Assembly (NCBI RefSeq): GCF_018350175.1
Contig: NC_058368.1
Coordinates: 496,001-560,000, forward strand
DNA from: Felis catus
Taxonomy: Eukaryota
Length of the DNA stretch: 64,000 nucleotides
Direction of reading: 5' to 3'
The notes beneath the pieces were generated by a model. It saw only the letters and a program-made list of their open reading frames with translations, was not told the origin of the DNA and searched no databases. This document shows, in pieces, positions 52,791 to 64,000 of the stretch. The position numbers were made by a program, and so were the translations under genes. The first letter of the stretch is position 1. Each line of letters starts with the position of its first letter.

Positions 52791-52793
52791 TTT

Positions 52794-53457
52794 TTTTTAT
52801 TAAAATTTTTTTTCAACGTTTTTTTATTTATTTTTGGGACAGAGAGAGACAGAGCATGAACGGGGGAGGGGCAGAGAGAGAGGGAGACACAGAATCAGAA
52901 ACAGGCTCCAGGCTCTGAGCCATCAGCCCAGAGCCTGACGCGGGGCTTGAGCTCACGGACCGTGAGATCGTGACCTGGCTGAAGTCGGACGCTTAACCGA
53001 CTGCGCCACCCAGGCGCCCCTAAAATAAATTTTAACAGGGCGCCTGGGTGACATGTCAGTTGGGCATCTCACTTCGGCTCGGGTCATGATCTCATGGTTT
53101 GTGGGCTCGAACCCCATGTCAGGCTGTTTTGACAGCTCAGAGCCTGGAGCCTGCTTCGAATTGTGTGTCTCCCTCTCTCTCTTTGCCCTCTGCCCACTCG
53201 TGCTCTCTCTCTTTCTCTAAAAAGTAAACATTAAAAAAATTTTTAAAGGGTGCTGGGGTGGCTCAGTCGGTTAAGCGTCTGACTTCGGCTCGGGTCATGA
53301 TCTCACGGTTCGTGGGTTTGAGCCCCGCGTCGGGCTCTGTGCTGACAGCTCAGAGCCTGGAGCCTGTTTCAGATTCTGTTTCTCCCTCTCTCTCTGCCCC
53401 TCCCCTACTTTCACTCTGTCTCTCTCTGTCTCAAAAATAAACATTAAAAAAAATTTT
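52794..53457. mobile_element. Three-SINE cluster: young minus copy 52794-53020, plus copies ~53038-53245 and ~53247-53457
   Basis: TSD taaaataaatttt flanks the minus copy. aaataaattttaac flanks the two plus copies together. Confidence 0.92.
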
Positions 53458-53479
53458 AAATAAATTTTAACTTTTAAAA

Positions 53480-53751
53480 AGAAAAAAATTGGAATGCATA
53501 TTAAAACAAAAAACACAACTGGAAGAGACAGAGACACGTTAGAACAAGACATGACAGAGATGTTGGAATTACCTGAGAATTTAAAACAACTATGATTAAT
53601 ATGAAAAGGGTTCTTGTGGATAAAGTAGACTGTGCAAGAACACATGGACAGTGTAAGAAGAGAGAGAAAAATACTAAGAAAAGACAAAGTAGAGATAAAT
53701 ACATAAACAAAAATGAATGCATTTGATGGACTTATTAGTAGACTGGACACA

Positions 53752-53791
<40 letters not shown>

Positions 53792-56700
53792 ATACATACA
53801 CACCACACATCTTGAGACCTCCCAAACTGAAAAGAGAACAAAGACTGAAAAAAAAATTCAAATACCCAAGGACAACTACAAAAGGTATAACATATGGATA
53901 ATGTGAATACCAGTAAAAGAAAGGATTGAAAAAGTATTTGAAATAATTACAACTGAGAATTTTCCCCAAATTAATGTCAGACACTCAACCACAGTTCCAG
54001 GAGCTAAGAGAACACTAACCAGGATAAATGCAAAAACAAAAATGTTTTAAACTACACCTGGGCATATCATTTGGAATTACAGAAAATTAAAGAAAAAATC
54101 CTGAAAAAAGCCAGAGGAAAAATGGACCTCACCTATAGACAGACAATGAATTAGATCCAAGGGCAGCTGGGTGGCTCAGCTGGTTAAGCGTCCGACTCTT
54201 GATTTCAGTTCAGGTCATGATTTCATGGTTCATGGGATTTAGCCCCACATTGGGCTCTGTGCTCACGTTGTGAGCCTGCTTGGGATTCTCTTTCCCTCTT
54301 TCTCTGCCCCTTCCCTGCTCACATGTGCATTCTCCCTCTCTCTCAAAATAAATAAACTTTAAAAAAAATTAAGAATTACATCCAATTTCTCCTCAGAAGC
54401 CATACAAACAAGAAGAAGGTGGGTTTAAATGTTTAAAATCTTAAGAAAAACACCCCACCAAACTGTGAAATTAACCTTCAAAACTGAGTGATAAACAAAG
54501 ACTTTCACAGAGAAACAAAAATTGAACTTGTTGCTAGTAGACCTGCCTTGCAAGAAATAGTACAAAAAATTCTTTAACTTTAAAGAGAAGGAAAATAATA
54601 AAGGTCAGAAACTCAGATCTAAGTAAAGAGAACTGAAGAAGGAATAAGTGGAGATAAAACTTGGAGTTTTCTTATTCTTAATTGATGTAGCATAATAGTT
54701 CAAAGTAATAATAGCAACAATGTGGTTAGTATATATGCTTATGTACGTATATACAAATATACCAAATGCATATGTATGCTTGCTTAAATATAAGTGAAAT
54801 AGATAACCATAGTACAAGGAATGGAAGAAAGGAATTAGGATTGTTATAAGGTATTCATGATACCTGCAAAGTGGTAAATGTTTAATAATGATAATAATTC
54901 AGTATTATAGTAAACTAAATGGAAACCACTAAAAATTGCTTTTTTTTAAGTAGGCTTCATGCCCAGTGTGGAGCCCAACGTGGGGCTTGAACTCACAACC
55001 AAGAGATCAAGACCTGAGCTGAGATGAAAAGTCAGATGCTTAACTGACTGAGCCACCCAGTTGCCCCTAAAAATTGCTTTTTAAAAAGTATAATTTATAT
55101 GCTAAGAAAAAGAAAATGCAATTATATAAAATGCTCATTTAAAACCACGAGGCAGAAAAATAGTGGAAAACAAGAACAAAGAACAAAAGCAGTAAATGGA
55201 AAATAGTAACAAATAAATGTACCAATTAACTGTATGTTGTCTACAAGAAACCCACTTTGAGTATAAGATACATATAGATTTAAAATGAGTGGGAAAAAAT
55301 GAGTGGATAGAGAAAAATATTCTGTGCCAACACTCATTGGCAGAAAGCAGGGATATCTATAATTTCAGAGTAGACTTCAAAGCAGGAAAGTTATCAGGGA
55401 TAAAGAAGGGCATTACATAATGACAGAGGAGTCAATTCTCTAAGAAGACATTACAGTTCCTAATATGTATGTGCATAACAACAAAAAAGTAAATCTGCAT
55501 GAGGCAAAAACTAATAAAATTGGAAAGAGAAATACCCACTAACATAGTTGTGAACTTCAACACTCTATCAGAACTGACAGGTCTAGCAAGCAGAGAATCA
55601 GTAAGGACATAGTTGAACTCAAAAATACCATCAATCAACTGGATATAATTGGCATCTCTGGACTAATTCATTGAACAATAATATGTTCTTCTCAAGCTCA
55701 CATGGAATATTTATCAAGATATACCACATTCTGAGCCATAAGACACACTTTAAGTTTAAAGAGGTAGAAATCAGTGTCGGCTCTCAGACCAGAATGGAAT
55801 TAAACCAGAAACCAGTAACAGAACGATAATCCCAAAATACATAGAGATTTAACCACAAACTTCTAAAATACACATGGGTCAAGGAAGAAATCTCAAGAGA
55901 AATTTAAAAATATTTTGAGCTAAATGAAAATGAAAACACTTATCAAAACTTATGAGATGCTGGGCGCCTGGGTGGCGCAGTCGGTTAAGCGTCCGACTTC
56001 AGCCAGGTCACGATCTCGCGGTCCATGAGTTCAAGCCCCGCGTCAGGCTCTGGGCTGATGGCTCAGAGCCTGGAGCCTGTTTCTGATTCTGTGTCTCCCT
56101 CTCTCTCTGCCCCTCCCCCGTTCATGCTCTGTCTCTCTCTGTCCCAAAAATAAATAAACGTTGAAAAAAAAAATAAAAAAATAAAAAAAACTTATGAGAT
56201 GCAATGAAAGCATTGCTTAGAGGAAATTCACAGCATTAAATGCATATATTAGAAAAGAACAAAGATTAAAATCAATTTTCTAAGTTTCCACCTGAGGAAA
56301 CTACAAAAAGAAAAAATTAAATCCAAAGTTAAGCTGAAAAAAATAAGAATTTGAACTGAAATTAATGAAATTGAAAACAGAAAATCAAGAAAGAAAATCT
56401 ATGAGATTAAAAGTTGTTTCATTGAAAAGATCAATAAAATCATTAAGCTTGCAACCAGGCTAATCAAGAAAAAGAGAGGACACAAATTACTAATACCAGA
56501 AATGAAAGAGGGCACATGAAAAGATAATAAAGGAATATTATGAGTAGATCTATACTCACAAATTTGACAGCCTAGATGAACAAATTCCTTAAAATGACAC
56601 GATTTGTCAAAACCCACACAGAGAAATAGAAAATCTGAATAGTCCTATATCTAATAAAGAAATTGAATTAGTAATTCATAACCTTCCAAAACAAAAAGCA

Positions 56701-58420
56701 CCTTGCCCAGATGGTTTCATTGGTAAATTCTACCAGATATTTAAGGAAGATATTTTACTAAGATCTCTTTCAGAAGATAGAAGCAAAGGAAATACTTCCT
56801 AACTCATTCTATGAGGCCAGCATTACTGTAATACCAAAAATAGACAACAACATTACAAGAAAACAAAGCTACTGACCAGTATCAGGAATATAGATACAAA
56901 AATCCTCAACCAAATAGTAGAAAATCAAATCCACAATGTATAAAAGTAATTATATACATCATGACCAAATGGTTATGCCAGGTGTTCAAGGCTGATTCAA
57001 CATTTGAAAATTGGCTAATGTAATGTATCACATCAACAGGATGAAAAAGAAAAATCACATGATCATATCAGTAGAGGCAGAGAAAGCTTTTGAGAGGATC
57101 TAATACCTATTCATACTAAAAAGTCTCTGTAATAGGTATAGAGAGGAACTTCCTACCCTGATTAAAAAAAAAAAAAACTACAAAAAACTTACAGCTAACA
57201 TCATACTTAATGGTGAAAACCTCATGACTTTCTCACTAAGAGCAGGAGCAAGGCAAAGATATTCCCCCTTACCATTCCTTTTCAACATCATAATAGAAGT
57301 ACTAGCTAATGCAATCAGATAAAAGGAAATAAAAGATAAATTAGAAAGGAAGAACTTTGTTTACAGATGACATGCAAAAGAATGAACAAGAAAATTCCTA
57401 GAACTCTAAGCAATTATAGCAAGGTTGCGGGATACAAGGTTAATATACAAAAGTCAGTCACATTCCTATAGACCAGCAATGAACAAGTGGAGTTTGAAAC
57501 TGAGAATACAATACCATTTACATTAGCACCCAAAAAACCAAAATACTTAGGTATAACTCTAACTGAATATGTACAAGATCTATCTATACAAGGAAAACTA
57601 CAAAACTGATGAACAAAATCAAAGAACAAAATGACTGGAGGGATATTCTAGTTCATGAATAGGAAGACTCAATATTGTCAAAATGTCAGTTCTTCCCAGA
57701 TTTATCTATAGATGCAATGCAATGCCAATCAGAATCCCAGCAGGTTGTTTTGTGGATATCAACAAATTTATTTTAAAGTTTATAGGGAGAGGCAAAAGAC
57801 CCAGAATAGCCAACACAAAGGAGAAGAACAAAATCAGAGGACTGATGCTACCTTACTTCAAAATTTAACTATAAGGTCACAGTAATTGAGATATTGTGGT
57901 ATTAGCAGAAAAATAAAAATAAACAAATGGAGCAATGGAACAAAATAGTCTAGAAACAGACCCACAAAAATATAGTCAACTAATCTTTGACAAAGGAGCA
58001 AAGGCAAAACAACTAAGCAAAGATGGTCTTTTCAGTAAATGCTGCAGAAACAAGTGATCATCCACACACACAAAAATGGACCTGGACCCAGACTTTTACA
58101 CTCTTCAAAAAAATTAACTCAAAATGGATCATAGACCTAAATGTAAAACACAAACTATAAAATTCCTAGAAGATAGCAGAGAAAACCTCAGTGACCTTGG
58201 GGATGGTAATGACTTTTTAGATACCGCACAGAAGACCCATAAAATAAGGGATAAACTGGACTTTATTTAAATGAAAAACTTCCCCTGTGAAAGCCAATGT
58301 CAAAAGAATGAGAACACAAGCCACACACTGGGAGAAAATATTTGCAAAAGACACATCTTATGAAGGACTATTATCCAAAATGTGTGAAGAACTCTTAAAA
58401 TTCAACAAGAAAACAAACCA
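53480..58420 (+). mobile_element. Ancient degenerate L1 (ORF1 remnant, long inter-ORF region, ORF2 EN/RT remnants), 3' end missing
   Basis: Patchy similarity to the younger L1 ORF2 (ttctcaagctcacatggaa, tctatgaggccagcattac, MSVLPRFIYRCNAMPIRIP). Interrupted by SINEs and a (TG)n. Confidence 0.82.
55961..56186 (+). mobile_element. Young felid SINE (SINEC_Fc type)
   Basis: Perfect TSD aaaacttatgagatgc at 55945-55960 and 56187-56202. Confidence 0.96.
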
Positions 58421-58465
58421 GTATACTCCTTTATTAAATGTAAACCAGTGCTTCTAAAATACTTA

Positions 58466-58682
58466 GGAGCGCCTGGGTGGCGCAGTCGGTTAAACGTCCG
58501 ACTTCAGCCAGGTCATGATCTCGCGGTCCGTGAGTTCGAGCCCCACGTCAGGCTCTGGGCTGATGGCTCGGAGCCTGGAGCCTGTTTCCGATTCTGTGTC
58601 TCCCTCTCTCTCTGCCCCTCCCCCATTCATGCTCTGTCTGTCTCTGTCCCAAAAATAAATAAAAAACGTTGAAAAAAAAATT
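58466..58682 (+). mobile_element. Young felid SINE (SINEC_Fc type)
   Basis: TSD taaaatacttagga. Confidence 0.95.
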
Positions 58683-58976
58683 TAAAATACTTAGGAAAAA
58701 CAAAACAAATTATCTTCAAAAGAAATTCTAAAGGAATTTGTAAATCTCAGAAGACTCTGTTAAAAAAAAATCTGGTTTATGTGTAAAAAAAAACTTTTGA
58801 CTGAAATTTAATACACTGTATGGAATGAAGGAATACAATGTTTCTTTTTTTCTGGAAAATTTTCAAATCCATTTAGATCTCTTTCTAAGATGTCTGTTTT
58901 TTTAAATACCTAAGAGTCCCTACTGGCCCCTAGTTTTTAATAGTAAATTTAAATTATAAATTTTATTCTGTTTCAG

Positions 58977-59096
58977 GTACAATATTTAGATCATGGATTC
59001 ACCGAGAAGATTCCACAATGTCACCTTTACCCTATTTTACTATATCCTGATATACCCCAGTTTTGTATTCCTTGCCAGCTCTATAATACCAAATCT
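58977..59096 (+). CDS. RNF17: RNF17 exon (120 nt, phase 0->0) [15 protein letters not shown]...[11 protein letters not shown]
   Basis: gtttcag| and |gtgagt. YLDHG completes the Tudor core begun in the previous exon. Confidence 0.95.
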
Positions 59097-59614
59097 GTGA
59101 GTAAATTGTAATTTGTAGGATGATTAATTTTAAATATTGTCTTTTTATTAACAATCCCTTTCAGTTGTAGCAAAAATAATAAAATACTTAGAAATAAGTT
59201 TCTTAAGACAGCTAAAGGGACTTTATGAAGAAAACTACAAAATCAAACTGAAGGATAAAAAAAAAAAAATCTGAGAGGCGCCTGGGTGGCCCAGTCAGTT
59301 AATCATCTGACTTCAGCTCAGGTCATGATTGTGCAGTTCACAAGTTAGAATCCCGCATTGGCCTCTGTGCTGATAGCTCAAAGCCTGGAGCATGCTTGGG
59401 ATTCTGTGTCTCCCTCTCTCTCTGCCCCTCCCCCACATATGCTCTGTCTCTGTCTCTCTGTCTCTCTCAAAAATAAACATTTAAAAAAATCTGAATAAGT
59501 AAAGAGACCTAATATCTTCATAGATGGGTAAGTGTAAGACTGTTAAAATTTAGTTATTTCTTCATCAAATAAAATCACAACAGATTTGAAGCTGGAAATC
59601 AGATAAAGAAGTGG

Positions 59615-59905
59615 TGTATTAATTATCTCTTGCTGCATGACAAATTAAGCTAAAACTTAGTAGTCTAAATCAACAATAAACTTTTTTTTCTTTCATATAG
59701 TTTCTGTGGTTCAGGGATTAGGATCAGCTTAGCTGAGTGGTTTTGGCTCAGAGCCCCTAGTAAAACTGCATGAATATGTACAGTCATCTGAAGGGTTCAC
59801 TGGGGTAGAGGATCTGCCTCCAAATCGCTTTCACGTGGCATTGGTGGAAAGTTGAAGCTCCTCAGTGGCTTTTGGCAGGAGGCCCCAATTCTTTGCCACA
59901 TGAAT
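59615..59905 (-). mobile_element. MLT1-like solo LTR fragment
   Basis: tgtattaattatctcttgctgcatgacaaatta...aaaacttagt...ttagctgagtggttttggctcag resembles the reverse complement of an MLT1 LTR. Confidence 0.65.
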
Positions 59906-60262
59906 GTCTTAACATTAAAAACACAACAATCACTGCTCCTTAATAAATACCTATTTTAGGCATTATCCAAGCACCACATTGGTATATTGGTGTTTTAAAA
60001 AAATTTTTTGTGATGCTTTGTTTTTAATGTAGGTTTATATTTTTAAAGCCTAAAATGCTTTAAGAGAGAACTGTAGTAAGGGAAGGAAGCTCAGACAAAT
60101 TATTAGTTTCATATGGCCATGATATTCTCTTAAAACTGCTCGTATAGTTTATACTACTGTCTCCCGTTACCTGTTTATGGCTACTTTTATATAACTTCAT
60201 TTGCTTTCTCTGTCATATTTTGTGAAACTGTGAAAGAATCTGAGTTTACTAATCCCAAATAG

Positions 60263-60343
60263 GTTGGGAATGTCTGGCAACCAGATGCAATAGAACTCCT
60301 TCAGGAACTGCTTTCGAAGAGAGAGGTGGAAATTCACATTATG
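60263..60343 (+). CDS. RNF17: RNF17 exon (81 nt, phase 0->0) [27 protein letters not shown]
   Basis: aatag| and |gtaatt. Matches recalled RNF17. Confidence 0.93.
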
Positions 60344-61439
60344 GTAATTTATATTCAAGGCATATATTGTTGATTTAAGTTATTGGCCATAATGTGTTGT
60401 AGGTAACATAATTTGAGGGATATTTTAATGATGAAAAATGTTCCTATTTGAATATAACTTATTCACTAACATAGAAAAGTTACCACTTTGGTTTCTAGGC
60501 TTGTTTTAAATCTAATTTTGAGCAAGTTCCTGAGAACTTTCATAAGCACTAAAGTCAGTAATCTGAAAGATTCTTTATTAACAACCTAATAAGGAGCAGT
60601 ATCAAAGAATTGGAGATGTTTATAAATATACATAGTAGTTCTCAGGATGTGACCATGTACGTAGCATTGTGTGAGGTGCAGGTGAGCCCCTGTGCTCAAA
60701 GACCTTATGTAGTTGGTGAAACAACTAGATGTAAGATATAAACCTAAAAACTTCACACTACAAAGTGACATGCCAAGAGCCAAGTGACTGGTAAAAAGAG
60801 TAAGTGTAATAGGAACTTAGAGATGGTAAGTGAGGTAGCCCTTAAAAGTTGGGAAAGTTCTCCTGACCAGGGGAATAGAATTCATAAGTAAGCGTAAAGA
60901 AACAGAACCGGGCACGGTACAATTAGGAAATAGCATAACTGTTTGGCTAGAATAAAAGAGGTTTTGTGAGGAGAAGTGGTGGTGAATAGGATTTAAGAGA
61001 GGTAGAGGTGAATAAGTGGAGCCCATTGGAGGTTTCTGAGCAGTGAGGTAATGAGATTGATCTGCAGCTATGTTTGAGGATTCCAGTAGAACGATACAAA
61101 CACTGTAAGGAAAGTATTTCTGTATGAAAGGTGACTGACTACAGGATGATAAAGACTTAACAAGAGCCACAGACCTACTTATATAAAACAGTACAGAAGC
61201 TTTAATGTTGCTGATGTTAGCACCAAGAGCCCCTCTCTGGTTATTCATAGCCCTTGTGGAAAATCATGGCAGTAAGATAGAGATCAAAATTCTTTGCTGT
61301 TTAGCTTAACACAGGAGAACAATTCATAGTATACCCAAGGCTGCTTAAATTGTCAGAAACCATGAATGTGCATGCCCTACAGCCCTTACTGCCATAACAG
61401 ACCTTACCCAGACTTGCTCCTGTGACTTTATATACTAAG

Positions 61440-62090
61440 AAATACTGACTGACTCTAGTCTCAACCTGGAGGTACAGCAATGGACTGAATAGTCAGATGT
61501 CTGCCTTCATGGAGTTTCCATTTCAGCAGTGGGAAACAAAATAAAAAACATAAAATACAAGGTATATTAGGTTGTGGTAAGTGCTAGGAAGAAAACAAAG
61601 CAGGAAGGGCTGATGGGGAAAGTGGGGCAGGGGAGAAGTTAACATTTTAAACACAGTGGTCAAGGGAGGCCACACTGCAAAAAATGAGATAGGAGTAAAG
61701 ATTCTAAAATGGTGAGAGGACCAACCATGAAATGTCTGGAGAATAGTGCAGAGAGCTCCAAGGCTGGAGCATGCCTGGGGTGTTCAAGGACTGTCAGAGA
61801 AGTCACTGGGGCCGGAGCAGAAGGAGCACGATAGAAAAGAATTGGGGGTAGGGGAGAGGTTTGTGAAAGCTTCAGCTGTCAAGCTGACAAAGGCAGCCAC
61901 TCAAGGGCTTGGGCAAAAGAGTGACATGATCTACCTTTAACATTCTAGTATTTTCACTCTGCTGCACTGAGAAAAGCTAGAGAGTAGAAAAGATAGAAGC
62001 AGGGAGGTCTGCTGGAAAGCAATTATAGAAACTCAGTAGAGACAGGAGTTTGGACTAAGGTGGTACCAAGTATAAATGAAAAATGATCAG
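61440..62090 (-). mobile_element. L2 relic
   Basis: ctgccttcatggagtttccatt...tggtaagtgctaggaagaaaac...agagtgacatgatct...atcactct-like L2 signatures. Confidence 0.65.
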
Positions 62091-62547
62091 CCTATCAGCT
62101 ACGTACATGTTCAGTACCTAATAGTGCTAAGCGGACTTAAGAGTTTAAGCCATTATCCTAACTCCTCCTTCTAGACAGTCATTGATGTCTTCTGATTCTG
62201 TCATTCTTGGATTTTTAACAAAACTTCATTTCTTTACCTCTGAACATACCTTTCTTTCTCCTTCTACTTAGTGTAAATTATTAGTATTATTTAAAGATGA
62301 TGTAATTTTCTAGTAAATAACTAGCAAACTATCTTACATGTAAATATATTTTACAGAAACTATAATAGTAGAATTACTGTTTTATAACCTGCCAAAAGAC
62401 CAGGAAGAAAATTTTATGAAATGAGCCACTAGTCAAACTGGTAAAACTGTGATTGTCAGAACTCTAATATCATATTTGCCTGCTATAAAATTTGAATCTT
62501 CAAACAGACTTTATTTTATAATAATAATCTTCATTGAAATTAAACAG

Positions 62548-62673
62548 GAATTACCTGAAAACCCATGGGGGAAATTATCGATTCATCTCTATTTTGATGG
62601 AATGTCACTTTCTTATTTTATGGCATACCATAAATACTGTACTTTTGAGCATTCTGAAGAGATATTGAAAGAA
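62548..62673 (+). CDS. RNF17: RNF17 exon (126 nt, phase 0->0) [42 protein letters not shown]
   Basis: aaacag| and |gtaagt. Confidence 0.94.
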
Positions 62674-63611
62674 GTAAGTGAGCTGTTTTTCTATAAGAAC
62701 CTAAATTATTGAAAAACTGATTCTGGATAAAATGTCATATTTTGCCTTACACTTTAAGTCTTCAATATGGTTGTGTTTGATACGTTAAGAGAATATAGAG
62801 AATTTTTAAATTATCTGTTGAGGAAACAATACACTACGTCATGCTTTATGTCCTAAATGTCCTAAAAAAAGACTTTAATTGTTAAGATTCATTTAATGTT
62901 TCTGTATCTTCAAACCTAGTGAAAAGACCACCCAGTATCTAATGTTGTTTTATATATATGCTGTTTGAACATATACATACAAATCTTAATAGAATTCACT
63001 GCCAGAAAAGGATTCTCTCCCCAGATAATTTTTTTTTTTCCATTTATTTGACATTTTAACATTGTCCCCATTTTGCTTCTGGATTTTAAGCTTAGCTTCA
63101 AGAAATAGCTCCTTTCAGTTTTCCAGTGTTTCTGTTTTTTATATTTTAAAAAACATAATTAGCCTGTCATAGATATGTTTTCACATTGCAAGATGCCACA
63201 AATACTTAGTGGCAATAGGGAATCCATCATAAATAATAACATTAACATTTTATATAGCAAGATATTTTTTATTTCTAGACTTACAGTTCACTTGTTACAT
63301 TTTTAAATACTCATTTTCATGACAGGACACAACCAAATACTGAATGTGCAGTTCAATATAGAAAACTCTTTCTCACACTTAGAAATGTGATATTACTTTG
63401 TACATGTAATTCTCACTGCCAGCTTTTTCTTTTGAGCAGAGGGATGTGTGTGGTGTGTGTATGTGTGCTCATGTGTATTTGTACTCATGTGTTTGTATGA
63501 AAGGTGTTCCATCTGTTAAACTGGTTTTGTAAAGATTACTAAGTCCCTCCCCTCCCGTTGTACTCTTCAGTGTGAACATTTAAAAGAAGAGGTAAGAACT
63601 CCTACTCTTTG

Positions 63612-64000
63612 CAGTTGGCCCTTGAACAACACAGGTTTGAACTGTGTGGGTCCACTTATGTGTGGACTTTTTTACAGTACTGTAAATGTATCTTCTCTTC
63701 CTTATGACTTTCTTAACATTTTCTCTAGCTTACTTTATAATAAGAATACAATAGGGGCGCCTGGGTGGCGCAGTCGGTTAAGCGTCCGACTTCAGCCAGG
63801 TCACGATCTCGCGGTCCGTGAGTTCGAGCCCCACGTCGGGCTCTGGGCTGATGGCTCAGAGCCTGGAGCCTGTTTCCCATTCTGTGTCTCCCTCTCTCTC
63901 TGCCCCTCCCCTGTTCATGCTCTGTCTCTCTCTGTCCCAAAAAAAAAAAATTGAAAAATAGTTGAAAAAAAAAAAAGAATACAATATATAATACATATAA
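63612..64000 (+). mobile_element. Tigger2/MER28-like DNA transposon end, interrupted by a young SINE (63754-63974)
   Basis: Starts cagttggcccttgaacaacacaggtttgaactg...gggtccactta, matching the recalled Tigger2 terminus. The SINE has TSD aagaatacaata at 63742-63753 and 63975-63986. Confidence 0.8.

Larger units (their letters stand above)
4473..59490. mobile_element. Further dispersed older CAN-SINEs (summary entry, not one contiguous element)
   Basis: Approximate copies: 4473-4690+, 5668-5895+, 14863-15095+, 16310-16508-, 17456-17645+, 18274-18475+, 23670-23863-, 29107-29350+, 30475-30670+, 30798-31010+, 32527-32745+, 35477-35665+, 36040-36230+, 36540-36734-, 39108-39325+, 43253-43530+, 44324-44525+, 54161-54375+, 54940-55067-, 59276-59490+. 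All show the ggggcgcctgggtggctcag-type head. Confidence 0.88.

Noticed and set aside
53295..53984. 229-aa ORF on - strand
   Set aside because: It runs through a SINE, a (TG)n repeat and antisense L1, with no coding signature.
59097..60262. Possible U12-type intron (branch motif close to AG)
   Set aside because: The donor is gtgagt, not RTATCCTT, and there is no TCCTTAAC branch site.
7430..63954. Recurrent ORFs 'MPGWRSRLSVRLQPGHDL...' and 'GQRETEHERGRGRE...' as a gene family
   Set aside because: They are translations of CAN-SINE copies.

Overview
This window is AT-rich mammalian genomic DNA, almost certainly from a cat-family (felid) genome, judging by many near-identical SINEC_Fc-type CAN-SINEs and a felid L1. 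It lies inside the + strand gene RNF17 (TDRD4), a germline RING/Tudor piRNA-pathway protein. I traced 21 GT-AG coding exons (1557-62673, 3244 nt) that splice in one continuous frame with matching phases and encode four Tudor-like repeats. The gene start and end lie outside the window. The introns contain a 5'-truncated PRMT1 retrocopy, a full-length but inactivated felid L1 with target-site duplications (TSDs), two older L1s, a complete MLT1 (MaLR) provirus with both LTRs and a 5-bp TSD, more than 35 CAN-SINEs, L2 relics, a Tigger2-like element and local tandem duplications. I found no convincing novel biological system. The best leads are splicing features of RNF17 and nested retrotransposon architecture. 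Protein and repeat-family names come from recalled sequences, not database searches, and boundaries of old repeats are approximate.
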